Shown: in pieces, positions 11,570 through 24,813 of the stretch
Layout: each line of letters opens with the position of its first letter
Numbering within the stretch: the stretch's first letter is position 1
NCBI GenBank assembly: GCA_029717555.1
Contig: JAMDHS010000105.1
Span: 1-64,000, forward strand
Source of the DNA: Peribolospora baueri
Taxonomy: Eukaryota
Length of the DNA: 64,000 nucleotides
Direction: 5' to 3'
Notes under the pieces: generated by a model
What the model saw: only the letters and a program-made list of their open reading frames with translations
What the model was told of the DNA's origin: nothing
Database searches by the model: none
Position numbers and translations under genes: made by a program

Positions 11570-14500
11570 ATGACGCCCCAAGAGCGCTTAAAAGCCGTCG
11601 TCCCACGGCTTCTCATGGTGACGCACAGCACCGGCTCCGCTGAGTCCGATCACGCGCTCAACGGCGATGCGCCCAAGCCTCCACCAGATGCGACTGTTTT
11701 CCCCCCACGGGAGGCAGACCCCACCTCGCTAGAGGACGCTGACGATGACGACGTCGGGTTGGAGCACGTGTTAGACGGCTTGGAGGGCGCGGGCGCGGGC
11801 GATGGCGATGGAGACGGCAAGGCGGGGGGTTGGTGGAAAAACAGGTTCTTGGCCAGGTTGACCGCCGTTGCCGGGCTGGGAGGTGAGCTCAACGTATTGA
11901 TGCTGCGGGCGTGGCTTTTCATGTGAGGTGCTCACTCCTTCTGTGCGGGTTTCACGTTGCGCTCGTTCTGCTTAGGCCTCGTGAGTCGCTCGCTCGGCGC
12001 TGCTCGGAGGAGGGTTTCAAGTTTCTTCCTCTGACTTTTACCGTATTTCTCCCGTTCTCTGGACTTTGACCAGATGTTTGGATGGGATACAGGTGCGAGG
12101 TTTGGCCAGGGTCACGGAGAGAGGATCCAGCTCTCATATCCTTGGCTCTATTTCTTTTCGCTTTACCCGTCCGCAGGTGTATGCGCCGGCGTACTTGTCT
12201 CCGTCGGCTCGGATTTGGGACATGCGGTGAGCCTTTTTCCGTCAGTCATCCCAACCTTCTCTCGGTCCTCATTATTGTTTTCCCTTTTAACCTCGCACTC
12301 GATTGCTCACAGCTCTCCCCCGCCGAACAAGAGCTCCTTGTGTCCGCGACCACGGTAGGCGCCATCTTCGGCGCTTTGGCTGCTGGGAGGTTATCGGACT
12401 GGATCGGACGCAAGATGGTGCTCGTCATTAGCAGCGTGTTTTTCTTGCTCGGGGCGGTCGAGCAGAGCGCCGCAAACATCTTGAAAGAGGTAAGGCACAG
12501 TTACTCGGTGAGGAAGGTCGCCCTTTCTGACCTGCATCGTTCTTCGCGCAGATCATCGTAGGACGAGTTATTGTCGGCCTAGGTACGTATGCTCATGGAT
12601 GGCGTTGGCCTCAGGTCTGCTGGCTGGCTCACGTCTCTGTCGCTTTAGGTGTCGGACTGGCATCCGTCGTAGTTCCCATCTATCTTGCAGAAATCAGTCC
12701 CCCATCAGTCCGAGGGCAGATCGTCTCGCTCAACGTCGTCCTCGTCACTGGTGGACAGGTAGCGGCCTATGTGCTTGACTCGATCCTATATCACGTTCCG
12801 CATGGCTGGCGGTGGATGGTCCTTGTGAGTTCGAACGTAGCGAATAAGCCGTGGTTCCTTCTGGAGTCGAAGATTGATGCGACTTGTATTTTTATAGGCG
12901 GGCGGGGTTCCTGCGATTGCTCAGATGGTTGGCCTTTACCGTTTACACGAATCACCGGTACGCAGCAACTTGAGTCTTTCTAAGTACTGCTCATGCGCGT
13001 CTTTTCGCATCGCTAACATAGCCCCCGATCCTTGTCCGCCTACATCACAGCGGTGGGATATCGCCAACGACCGCGTCGACCACGCGCGAAACACCCTCTC
13101 CCTCATCTTCCCAGAGGCGACGCCCGCGCAAATTGACCGCCAGATAGAACTTGTCCAACGGAGCTTACACGGCCGCGGCACGCACGGGGGGATCAGGTTG
13201 CATGAGAGGACGGGCAAGCTCCGCTTGCTGTTCAGGGAGCCGAGCAACCGGAAGGCACTCATGATCGCTTGCATGCTTCAGCTGTTCCAACAGGCCACGG
13301 GCTTCAAGTGAGTTCAGATCAGATTGCTGTTTGGATATCATCAATGTCTCATTCAGCACTCACACACGCCCTCTCTCCTCCTTTTTGTCCAAAGCTCACT
13401 CATGTGAGGTGCAGGCCCGGCTTTATAGGTAACAGTAAACTGTAGAAGACCGATACTGATATATATTTCACATTTTGTGCTCATTGTCTCAGGTATTACT
13501 CTTCCAAGGTGCTTCAAATGGCCGGTTTCGAGAGCAACCCGAACACGGCAGCGATCGGAGTCGCCCTTGCCAACTGGATCGGCACGATCGTCGCCCTCAA
13601 ATACATCGATCGGGTGGGAAGGCGAAGAATGCTGTAAGTGGATACGCCGTATCGAGGACTCTCGGCATGTTCTTCGGTGACCGTATGGCTTGCATATTGG
13701 CTGAATGATTCTGACTGGCGATCTCATCGTGTCCGCTGTCAGACTCTGGACTCTCGTCGGCATGATGATAGGCCTTTTCTTCCTCGGCCTCTCATTCCAG
13801 TTCATCCATCTTCGCGAGACCAGCCTGGACACAAAGCCGCCCTCGTCCCCTGAGATTTTGAACTCGACCCTTTCTACGCCGAACGGGACTGATTTAAACG
13901 ATGCGTCTGCTAGATCCTCGACCGTTACCGCCGCCGTTCGAACATTGCTGACGGCCGTCCGAACAGAGGTAGAGGCTGCAGCACGGTCAGGCGGCGGTGG
14001 CAGCGGGGGTCTATGGACGTGGATCTGCCTCTTGTCCATGATCTTTTTCTGCTCGTCGTTCGCCCTCGGCCTGGGCAACGTTCCGTGGCTCGTCATGAGC
14101 GAGATCTTCCCGAACAACGTCAGAGGTATCGGCTCCGGGTTCGCGACGGGTGAGCCTTCTATCCCGCTTCGGAGGGACTGGCCTGGCCGTCTTGCCTCGT
14201 CATCATATTGTTTTTGTTGACGTTCGGGCCGGTTCCTCGTGTGCTACGCTTGCTAGGCACCAATTGGCTCGCGAACCTCGTCGTCGCTGCGACGTATCTG
14301 CATCTCGTCCAAGGTGAGCGCCTGCCTGCAGCCCATTCTCTCGCCTCAGCCTGCCTGCTGATAGTCCTTCCATTCCATGTATGTTATGCTGTGGCACAGC
14401 AATCACCGCGAGCGGCACTTTCTGGCTCTACTGTGCCATATCTGGACTCGTGAGTTAGATTGTCCTAAAGTAGGCTGTTCAAATGGCCCGGTTTGGCTGA

Positions 14501-14674
14501 CGTGCTCTTCCTACCTTCCAGGCCTGGATCTTCACCTACCATTACGTGCCGGATATGTCCGGAATGTCGCTAGAGGGAGCGGGGCAGGTCTTTAGCCGCA
14601 ACATTGCATCCGGGGAGGAAGGCGGACCTGGCAGAGGAGCATATGCCGCTCTTCGTACACAGGAAGATCGATGA
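11570..14674 (+). CDS. MFS sugar porter, myo-inositol transporter (ITR)-like; many introns and two micro-exons
   Basis: Spliced motifs 'GLGGLMFGWDTG', 'GRLSDWIGRK', 'VPIYLAEISPPSVRG', 'LQLFQQATGFNSLMYYS', 'IDRVGRR', 'GLGNVPWLVMSEIFP' and 'VPDMSGMSLE'. Stop TGA at 14672-14674. Confidence 0.9.
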
Positions 14675-15015
14675 ATGCGACCTTGCTTTGGACTCCTTTA
14701 AGACTCCTCCTACGTTAATCTAATTGATCCCTTCGTCCACTGCGCGAAAAGGCATTGTGCATTTGTGATCATGTTCGGATTCTTGTCATACGTACATAAA
14801 GAGTGTTGAATGTGCCGCGTTTCTTTGCGCGGCCAACGGAGGGTCGCGAAACCTCTGGTCGATGTCATGGGCGCTCGTCCACTGCTCTGGCGCGGATGCT
14901 CTTCTTAGGGAAGGTCATGATCGGTCCGTCATCTTCCACCGATCACGTCTGTGCGGCAGCTTCTTTCGTCAGCGTCATATCCACTCAGAGCTCCTAATTT
15001 GCTTATATCGTCATC

Positions 15016-16128
15016 ATGTCCGCACCGGGGCCATCTCAACGCCCTCCGAGACCCCTCTCTCCCAACTCGATTACCGCCATCTCATCCTGGCTCTCCCTGC
15101 CCACATCGCCGACAGCCTCCGAAGAAGTCCGGCAGCTGACCACCTCGCCGCTCTCGTTTCTCTCTACACACGCCCACTTCCTACCTCCTCACCTCCTGGC
15201 CCTCTTTGCCAATGTCACCACGCCGGAGGAGAGAGGTAGGATTAAGGAGGTGCGGAATAGACGGACGAGGTGGGCCACACAGCGCCCGCCGCCGAAGGAG
15301 CTGGGGTTGAGGGAGTGTAGGGAGAGGGATCCGCTTCTGTACAGCAGATTGGTGGGTAGGAAGGCGCCTCTGGAAGTGTCTTGGACAGCGGCGGGAGCGG
15401 CGTCTTCAAAGAGTCGAGGCGGTGTGGAAGGGGGTGGTGGATCGGACGCAGAGTACCCTGGTGTGCTGGGGAGGACTGGACCCAGTCAGCTCGGATCAGA
15501 GGAGGCAAGGGTTACCGCCAGTAATGGCGGGAATGCGAGCGGCTTTCACCGGCTGATCCAAAAGATGGATGAGGAAGAGCTGGAGGCGAAGCGAGGCAGG
15601 ATGCTTGCTGAGGAGACGCCTGAACCGGAGTACGACACTGACACTGACACTGACACCGATGAGGAGATGGAGGAGGACGAAGGAAATGGGCCCAAGTCGG
15701 CCGAACAAAAGAGATTTGAAGCGGTGATGGAAGCGGAGGATGAAGAGCTTCACGAAGCGGACGAGGAGCGTGAAGCGATCCGGACTGGCGGAGCTGGGCC
15801 TGGGGTGGAGCATGCGACGGTGGAGGAGGAAGAGAGAGATGATTTGAGGAATGTGGATGGGGAGCAAGACTTCTTGAGGACCATGACCGAGCTTTTCATC
15901 GCTGGCACTGATGTGAGCGGTCGAATGCTTGTATCACGCCTACCCCAGGATGGGATTGACCTCGTTTCTCCCCCTAACCTCTCCTCTCTTTTTCAGCCAG
16001 AGATGGACTACTCAGTAGACTTTGATGAGCGATGGGACGGCGCGGTGGCATCTACGCTCGAGGGCGAAGGGATGGGCGCGATAGATGACGAGGAGGAGCG
16101 GTGGTTTGAGGAAGAGGAAGCAGACTGA
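15016..16128 (+). CDS. CCDC97/CCD97-like protein (DUF2052-type acidic C-terminus)
   Basis: Motifs 'VRNRR', 'FLRTMTELFIAGTD|PEMDYSVDFDERWD' and 'DDEEERWFEEE'. Likely 84-nt in-frame intron at 15913-15996 (GTGAGC...CTAAC...TTTCAG). Confidence 0.7.
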   Translation: MSAPGPSQRPPRPLSPNSITAISSWLSLPTSPTASEEVRQLTTSPLSFLSTHAHFLPPHLLALFANVTTPEERGRIKEVRNRRTRWATQRPPPKELGLRECRERDPLLYSRLVGRKAPLEVSWTAAGAASSKSRGGVEGGGGSDAEYPGVLGRTGPSQLGSEEARVTASNGGNASGFHRLIQKMDEEELEAKRGRMLAEETPEPEYDTDTDTDTDEEMEEDEGNGPKSAEQKRFEAVMEAEDEELHEADEEREAIRTGGAGPGVEHATVEEEERDDLRNVDGEQDFLRTMTELFIAGTDVSGRMLVSRLPQDGIDLVSPPNLSSLFQPEMDYSVDFDERWDGAVASTLEGEGMGAIDDEEERWFEEEEAD

Positions 16129-16417
16129 TCCCATTCATTTACTGAACGTCCGCGTCCATCCTTGTGAGGTTGCTTGCTAGCGATGCCATATCTATCACTT
16201 TACCCACCACGGAGCGCACGACTACCTCGAGCACGGACGAATGACACGTAGCTGCTGGCGAGGCCCTTGCGATACATTGCTATCTAACTAGTTTACACGG
16301 CGCCCAAAGGAACGGCACCAAAGACATCGAGATCACTCTACATGAGAACCGGCCGAGGTACCATCCTGCTCTCCATCCCCTCCCTCCATGACCCCCTGCG
16401 CGACTGGATGTGTCCCA

Positions 16418-19400
16418 TCACCGCACTAACGTCCCGTTACCCGAATCCCCACGGGCGCTAGCACCCCCCGAACCCCAAGGGTGATCGGCGGGCCACTTGA
16501 AGTCTCCTCTCCCTTTGAGCCAGATGGGGTCCCACGGCTCGACGGTCCCATCGCCGAACGCACGTCTGGCGGAGCGGCCGTCGTTCTCTTTCCCGTTTCC
16601 TCCGAGCACGACGCCAGCAGGGGAGGCAAAGCGGCCGTTGCCCGCGCCCGGCCTGGGCGAGCCGAAGGACGCTCCGACAGCAGCGGATGCGGGCAGTAAC
16701 GGCGACTGCCCGTGCGAAAAGTCGATCGGCTGTACGACGCTTCGCGGGACCGTGGCAGGGAGGAACAGTTCTCCGCTCTCACCCGCCAGCCCAAGGCCGT
16801 AGCCCATCCCGTTCTCAGCAACGCCGTCTGCGACGCCCATTGCCGCAAGCCGTTCAGCTTCCCACTCCGCCGCAGACGCGGCAGCTCGGGCGGCGAAGAA
16901 AGTTCGCTTTCGAGGAGCTGGTCCTTTCCCCTTCCCGTTGGCCTTTCCGTTGCCGAAACGCATCCCTCGCCCAGAGCCAGTACCAGAACCTGATTCAGCT
17001 GCAGAGCCGGAATCGGCACGGGACATGCTGGGGTAGTCGTCGGTGAATACCGACTTAGCCAGTGCAAGCCGGTCGGAAGCGGGCCATAGCGGTGGGCGGG
17101 GTGAGAATTTATCTCTTCGTCGACGCGAGGAGCGTTGCCGGTGATCGTCTTCTTCGTCCGACATGGCCACGTCCGACTCCTCGGATGAAAAGGGCGAAGA
17201 AGCCAACACTCTGCTGGGGCCGTATCGGTCGATGTGGGCGTCGCGAAGGCGTTCTATCGAGGCAAATACAAGAAACGTTCAGCCCACCTTCGACGGACTT
17301 GACGTGCATATGTTTTGAGCCTTGCAAGAGACGATTGAAAGCCAGACACTCACGATTGATCGAATCATCCAGATCCGAGTCCTCGTCGTCTGACAACTCC
17401 ATCTCCCCCGGGTTGAGGCTGTCCCGAGGTGTCTCTTGCATCTGTATGCTCGGTGCCAGCGGCAGGTGTCGGAGGTTGTCAATGATCTTCGCTCTGTATG
17501 TGCATGTCAGGGGATGGGCGTAAGGCATCGTCAAAAATCATCGGCCGCGATCCCAACATCCCCATCGAGGGAGGAGCGAGCACGCCAGCGGATACTCACT
17601 TGATGTCCTCGAGGTACTGCCTCGTGTTAAGGTTATCCATATTATTGTTCGGCACGTCGAGACGATACTCCGGACCAAAGTATTGCAAGTACTCATTGAA
17701 CGGCAGGTCAGCCTCGACGTGCTGACCGGTGAGTATGCTAGTCTCGTATGTCCACGTGCGCGCGACGTTGCGGACCGTGTAGCCCCCACCGCCAAGGCAG
17801 AGGGTGGGTATGTTGAACGACTTGACGAACCGGACACACTCAGCGTGGCCTGGGGCGTTTATATGTGAGAAGATGATTGAGGGGACGTGTGTGTAAAGGG
17901 TCGGACACGCAAGCAGAGCCGCGACCTCACCTCTCATGCTCAGGTTGAAATTTCCCAGCTTATCGCCCGCAAGGGAGTCCGCCCCGCATTGAAGCACCAC
18001 CGCGGCTGGCCGATACCACTCCATGATGTGCCGGACGATCTGTGAAGCGGGTTCAAGTTCGAAGGTCGAGTTGCGAGTGATTGGGGGAAGGATCAATGAG
18101 CGACGACGAAAGCCTGCACGGCGACCTAGGCCAGACTTACCGGTTGGAAGATAGATTTGTATGACTCATCATCCATCCCATCCCTCATCGGCACATTGAC
18201 GGCGTAGTTCTTTCCCCTCTTCATGCCTATATCCCTCACGTCACCCGTTCCGGGGAAGAAGAACTCCCCTGCCTTGTGGAAGGAACAGGTCATGACGCGG
18301 TCGGTGGTGTAGAAGGCCTCTTCCACGCCGTCGCCGTGGTGGACGTCGATGTCGATGTAGAGCACTCGGTGGTGTTGTCTGCGACGGCAGACAAGGAAAC
18401 AAGCGAGTGTAAGCAAGGAAACGGAGATGTTACTTAGATCAGAGATGGCTGCTCACCTAAGCAACTCGAGAATAGCCAACACGATGTCATTGATGTAGCA
18501 GAACCCGCTGGCCTCTCGCTTCTTCGCGTGGTGCAGTCCGCCGGACCAGTTAATAGCTATGTCTGCTTCGCCGCTGTTCAGGCGATTAGCGGCGCCTTTG
18601 CATACGAGGAAAAGATCAAACATAAGCATTGAGAAAAAGGACCGACTCGTCAAAAGACAAGAGGGATAGCACCCACCGATCGAACCCCCGGCTGAGATGG
18701 TGCAAAACTCGAAGAGGCCTTCAAACGCCGGACAATCTTCGCCGATCAAATCTGTAGGTCGGTAGGCAAGCAGAAAGAGGGTAAGGAGAGAATACAGGGA
18801 CAAGCATTGGAGAGACGAGGAGGCGAAAGGGAAGGAAAGGGATAGAACGGAGTTGGGAGAGTTTATCAGTCCATCACTCTGCGAACCAACTTGTTTTCCT
18901 CCAATTCGGGACCTCCATCACCCAACGCCAGTAAAGTAGAGACCAAAGGAAACTCACACCTCTGTCCATACCCCGTAAGCTCCTCCACTGTTTCGGGGGT
19001 GACGCGCTGCAAAAAGTCGACGTACTCGTCCGTGTGAAAACGCGTCATTTGTTCTGGTGTTGCCCGTTTTGGGCGCTGGAGAGCGGGTGAGAGAATGGCA
19101 GAGGAGAGAAAGCCAGTGCAATGTAAGAGACGGGGAAGGCGGGGAGTGGTGGTACGTGGGGGGCCGTGCCGACGGGATCAGTGTGATCGAGGGAGGGAAG
19201 GATATGGAGACGGCGGGGAGGTCTCGGCACGACGGCATGCAGAGCCATCAACCTTAAAGGCGCTGTCCCACTCATGCTCAACCAGAGGCTGTCCAGCGTG
19301 ACCCACGGGGTTGCAGTGGCAGATGAACAGACAGCCTAAGCTCACCAGAATGTCCATATGCTGTGTCAAGCCGTAGTTGACGATGAGGTTGTGCGCCATG

Positions 19401-19880
19401 CGCATCCTGTGCGGCTTCATCGGGCTAATAAAAGGGCGAGGAAGAGGATGTATGGCGCGGTCGACGAAGGAAGAGGAACGGAGGAGGTGTTCGGCGAGGT
19501 CGTGAGGGTTACGTGCAAAGCATGAATGGCGGAGGGACACGAGCGGCGGAGGGCAAGGAGTGGTGAGAACGAACTGTCGACCGCCAGCAACTCGGATGTC
19601 CCGACATGGAGATATGGATAGAGTAAAAACGGGACGGCGCGCAATACTCACTGCCCAAGGCCGTAGTTGAAGTTGCCCACGTCGGCTGATATGGCGAGCG
19701 TCGCCAAAGCAGGCGCGAGAAGCGGGCAAGGTGAGCTCAGCTGGGGCCGAAAACAAGCGCCGCGCAAACGATCTCGTTGAAATGGGAGAGGAAGAACAGC
19801 TCACGGTCATAGTAGTATGATATTCGCTTGTTGGGCTGGCGCAGTGCGACCGGCGGGCTTTGTTGCTGCTGCTGCTCCAT
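16418..19880 (-). CDS. Class I histone deacetylase, RPD3/Clr6-like; multi-exon
   Basis: ATG 19880 begins '[46 protein letters not shown]'. Further motifs: '[13 protein letters not shown]', '[22 protein letters not shown]', '[17 protein letters not shown]', '[13 protein letters not shown]', '[12 protein letters not shown]'. Confidence 0.95.
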
Positions 19881-20368
19881 CGCGGGGTATGTGCGACGGC
19901 GGACTGGCGTCGGCTCGCTGGTCGAAGGAGGGATGCGGCAGATGAGGTGGACGAGCGGGTGAGCGACAAGGTCGGATTGCCTGGGATGCAGTGAGAGTGG
20001 GAGGGGGAAGGAGGAGGTTGAGGTCGCCGCCGAGCTGACTGCCTTTCGCCCGCTGGCGTCTCTTTGTCCGTTCCCCCGCTCACGCTCTCATCTTGCCGTC
20101 CTTCGTTCCGACTGTCCGCGCCGCACGTGACCGGCGAAGCGCATATCAGCGTCGACTGCGGCGAGGTTTGAGGCGATGCGATCGGGAAGCCGGCGTGCGA
20201 GACACGACGACACAGATGGACCAGTCCCGAATTCTTCCCGACCCACTCCACCACCGCCTCCGCCTCCTCAGCGCTCGCACACAGACTCTGTGTCTCTTTC
20301 GGAGTCTGTACGGCTCCACAGCAACCTAGTTTTCCTTCTCAATTCGACAACGCCTGCAGCTCCTCGCC

Positions 20369-21753
20369 ATGGTGCACGGCGCCATCGTAGCGTCGGTCGT
20401 AGTCATGAGCGTCGGCACGACCATCTTCCTCGTCGACCGCTACCTCCGTGCCCGTCAGGATTCGGGCGAAGAACCCATCACGGTGCTGGCTAGGGAAGTG
20501 CGGGAGCATGCCGAGCGCACGCGCAGGCTGGTCAAGCAGGACTGGGAGAGGGTGAGGAGGGCTTGGGAGAGGGGCCGCGGCGGTGAGGGAGAGGGTGGGG
20601 GAGAGGGAGGGGATGGAGGATGGGAGGAGAGGGAGATGAAGGAGAGGGACACGAGGGACACAGAGACCACGGAAGGGGAGCTCGGGCCATTTGGAAAGGC
20701 CATCTGCGTCAATGACACGTCGAAGGAGGGATTGAGAAGGAGGGGAAGAGGCGAAGATGCCCGCCATGCTGAGGTTAGTTACCTGATGAGCGAGCGACCG
20801 GAGAGCTTTTCCTCCCTCCTGGTCTTCATTGTCTTGCGTGTCGCTCATAGGACCGGACAAACTTTTTCTCTTTCTTTGAACGACTCTACAAGGTCGATCC
20901 TATTATCACCTTCGACATGGACTCGCCCCGTCGCTACGTCTTCGACGGACCCCAAAATTCTGCGATATCCACTACTGGCCTCCTCTTCGACTTTTCTGGC
21001 GATCAGTCCGCTCATTCTGCTCAAACGCGCATAGATACTCCTTCGCCGCCTTTGTCCGCCTCGTCCTCCACCCTTCACTCCTCCGAATCCCGTCGATCTT
21101 CCTTTTCGAGGATGGACGCTGGACACGCCGACCAGTCTGTCCGAGCTTCCCCACATCGGCGTCAGCACGAGGTAGATCCCTTCCTAGCCGCAGAGCGAGC
21201 GTCCACCGTTGCCTTCGACGGCATCCTCTCATTTCCCTCCAGCGAAGCGGGGACGGAAGCTGGCACAGATCGTGCTGCGGATACGGGCTTAGAACTGTTC
21301 AGCCCACCTTCCCAAGGCTACACTTCTTCGTCTGCCTCTTACGTCGGGGCAGGGTCTGATCGAGGGTGGGATGGTCTAGATGGGGAGGAGGGTAGCGATG
21401 GTGGTGGCGTCGCCGTTGATTTATCTCCTCATGCGGACGTCGATGGAGAAGGATTTTCCGAACCCGAACTTCTCCCAGACAATCTCTCTGGCAATTGCAA
21501 CGCCTACGACGCCTACGATCCCTTCTCGGACGAGACGGCGTTCGTCAGCGAAGAGGAGCATCTCAGGCAAGAGGGAAGTGCCATCTCGGGGGATATGTTC
21601 GAAGAGGATGTTAACGACAACGAGAGCTGGGCGAAATTGAGCGATGTCGGCTCCGGATACGGCTCCGCTTTCGGGTCTGGTTCGATGGAGGGGTCCGGCG
21701 TGGACAGTGAGGGCGAGGGGGCAAGTGAAGCGGGGAGGTGGGCTAAGATTTGA
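20369..21753 (+). CDS. Hypothetical protein: N-terminal transmembrane/signal anchor, short charged helix, long acidic Ser/Gly-rich disordered tail
   Basis: Exon 1 20369-20773 (GTTAGT donor) joins in frame at acceptors 20850 or 20892 to the ORF ending 21753. Hydrophobic N-terminus 'AIVASVVVMSVGTTIFLV'. Confidence 0.65.
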
Positions 21754-22432
21754 GCTGAGCTGATCTTAGCTAGGCAAGGTAGGAGGATGTGGCGGCGAAC
21801 GGGCCCTGAGGGTCTCTGCTCCGGTCTGGCGGGGCCGGCCGGGGGCGGCCGGGGAAGCCCGGTCGCCCCCGCATTTGATGCGATCTACGTCCCTGCCTTG
21901 TTCTTCTCGTCCCGCTTCGAGGCAGACGCTGCTATGCCGTTGGATGAGGTGCCGTTCTCTTCATCTTCGTACTAGTTCCCTCTCTTGTCGTTCACCTCCC
22001 TCCGACTTTCTCGAGAGACGACCCGGTTCGATTATCTCCACCTGGAGTTTTTCTTTCCTTTCTTTGGGTATGTTTGTCTTCCTCTGGGTTTGCCTGTACT
22101 CTTCCTCCTGTATCCCTTTCTGTCCACGCCGCTACACGCTGCGCGTGCGCGACTCTGTATCACTTTCTGTCCCTACCACCACCATTGCGTCCAATTTAGT
22201 CTGACAACTTAACCGCCTTGATCGATGTGTGGAGGACCGTGCGCAACCGCCGCAGTCGTTCTCCTCGCAGGAAGCATTTCTCGAAGTCTGGGTCCTTCAG
22301 GTTCCTTCTCGTCCATATCACATCGTCCATAGTCTCCACTGGCACACGACCGCGCGTGGCTGACTCTTTCGTAGCAGACGAACCCCTCCGCCTTTCATCA
22401 GAAGGTGTCTCTGGACCCGGTCGCAGTGAATC

Positions 22433-24408
22433 ATGGCGTCCACGTCCACCTCGACCCCGCCCTCCTCCTCCGCTTCTCCCATCCACGCCTCCCTGAGCCC
22501 ACAGCGCGCCGTGCTCAACGCCTCCCTTCTGACCGCCTGTTCCGCGCCTGACCTACCTACCGTCATCTCCTTGTTAGATCAAGGGGCAGATGCGTGGTGG
22601 GAGGAAGAGGAGACCGGGTGGAGCGGTCTGCACTTCGCCGCTGAGGCTGGGGATGTGGACGTCGTGAAGGTCTTGTTGAGGCGCGGGGCCATTTGGAATG
22701 CTGGTGAGTTGGACGGAGGGCAGTTTTTCTTTTTGGCTGTGCTAACAGACTGTCCCCCCATCTCCGGTACTTTTTGCCTTGCTCCCTTTTATCCACTTCT
22801 CCGGACCCCGTCCCCTACCCAAGTCGACAGACTTGGCATAACGGCTGGAGAAGTTGCTTGGTCGATGAACCATGCAGAGTGCTACCGAGCTATTTTTGAC
22901 GGTGAGCGGGAGGCGGTGTCGGACCGTGGAATTCCATCAACTCTTTGCTTCCTTTCTGCTCTGCACACTCCTCGAACCCAAACCTCTCTTTTCTTCTCGT
23001 TCTGTCGCAGAGGGCGTACGAACCGAACTTCTCCTCAACCTCATCGGACGGAAGGGCCAGCAAGCTTCCGGCCCTGACATCCTCTCCCTCAGGCCTGACG
23101 ACAACGTCGTCGCTACAGACAACGAGGCCTTTCTGAAGAGTCGGTTGGAGTTCACGGTGGATGAGAAGGGAAAAGAGAGAGCCTTGGATGTAGACGGTAA
23201 CTGCGTCATGGCCGCTTGGGAAAGGTCAGTGTTTGGGCCTTGTTCGTTCCCGCACATGAAACCCGTCCGTTAACGCAGCCAATGAATTCTTACTGGTCTT
23301 TAACGACGGCCTTATCCGTCTAATCGTCACTCCAACTAGCGACATCATGCGTGAAACGGCCAAGGCGCTTTGCGAGTCGCACGGGGACGCGTCAGACGGT
23401 CTTTCCATCCTCAATATCGGCTTCGGCCTAGGGATCGTGGGTACTTTCACATTGTCCGCTTGTCTCTAGTTTTGATTCACTGTGGCTCTGGAGAGCCGAG
23501 GAAAGAGGCGACGAGGCAGCCAGAAATTGAAGTCGTGCTCTGGTGTGCGTCGTCTTCTCACAGGTCGATGAAGAGTTTCAACGTTACTCGCCAAAACAAC
23601 ATACGATCATCGAGGCCCGTGCGTTCATTTTCTCAACTTTGTTGGTCTCCTGTTTCTCACCACTGCATCGGGACGGCCTCCCCTTCCCCCGCGCGGGTCT
23701 CTCTTCTCCCAACTTCCTTCACCCCGTAAACCAAACAGACCCAGACGCAATCGCCCATGCCAAGTCTAAGGGCTGGTATACGCGACGGGGCGTACGCATC
23801 CTCGAGGGCCGATGGCAGGACTTCATCAATGATCCTGAACTCGGTACTTTTGACGTTATGTGGGTATTGTGTGGTAGTATACGCTGTCGCGTCGCCTTGC
23901 CCTTTTTCGGATAGCGTTACGTTTGAATTCCGGTAGTGGATCTTCGGCTGACGTCTTTCCACCCGCTCAACGTTCTCTCCTTCCCCTGCACCTTGGCTCC
24001 ACAGCTATTTCGATACCTACTCCGAAGACTATGCCGAGCTGAGGACACTTTTCGACGAGCTCCCCAACTTGCTCAACGGGCCAAGTTCTCGTTTTTCCTT
24101 CTTTCACGGCCTGGGGGCCACAAATCAGGTGAGCGACAATGGATGGTGGCGGCGGCCGTCCTTTTTCTTGGCTTGTCGAACGCACCGCGCTCGTCCGTAC
24201 TGAAGTCTCGGCACACCCTCCGCCGCTCAAGTTTTTCTACGACATCTACACTCGTATCACCGAGCTGGATCTCCGCGACATCGGACTCTCCTGCACCTGG
24301 CATGAGGTGGAAGTGGGTGAGATGAGCGAGGAGGTGTGGAAGGGCGTGTTGAGGAAGTATTGGACGCTCGAGAAGTATCGGTTCCCCATTGCTAGCTTGG
24401 GTTTTTAA
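22433..24408 (+). CDS. RMT2: Protein arginine N-methyltransferase 2 (ankyrin repeats plus GAMT-like MTase)
   Basis: Ankyrin 'GWSGLHFAAEAG'; then 'DVDGNCVMAAWE', 'ILNIGFGLGI', 'HTIIEAHPD', 'EGRWQDF', 'YFDTYSEDY', 'FSFFHGLGATN' and C-terminal 'VWKGVLRKYWTLEKYRFP'. Confidence 0.92.
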
Positions 24409-24813
24409 ATGGAAGAGAACGGGTGGAAAGGGACGAACGGAGAGGCGGTAGAACGAGGGCGGTATCGCGCCCCACCTTATCGTATGAATCGCACCGTAGT
24501 TGTGAATTTTTTAACAACTGGGATGACCCCGTTTTTGAGGTCGCTTTCGAGACAGCAAGAATTCGACGTGGATTTGATGGTGGCCTCTCGTGCGCAGAGT
24601 TCCGTGGGCTCGGCAGGATTCGAGCTCGGGGAACGAGACAGGAAGACAAGTGGCGTGCAACGCCCCGTCTTCCCCATCGAGACGGAGCCTGCAAATTTCC
24701 TTACCATCCCACGCCAACTGGGGCAATCGCATAAATACGTAAGCGTCTACGTGTTGTTAATATCTCTAGCAATAGATCTATCTTATCTAAACGGCGCTGC
24801 GCTTCCACTGACC

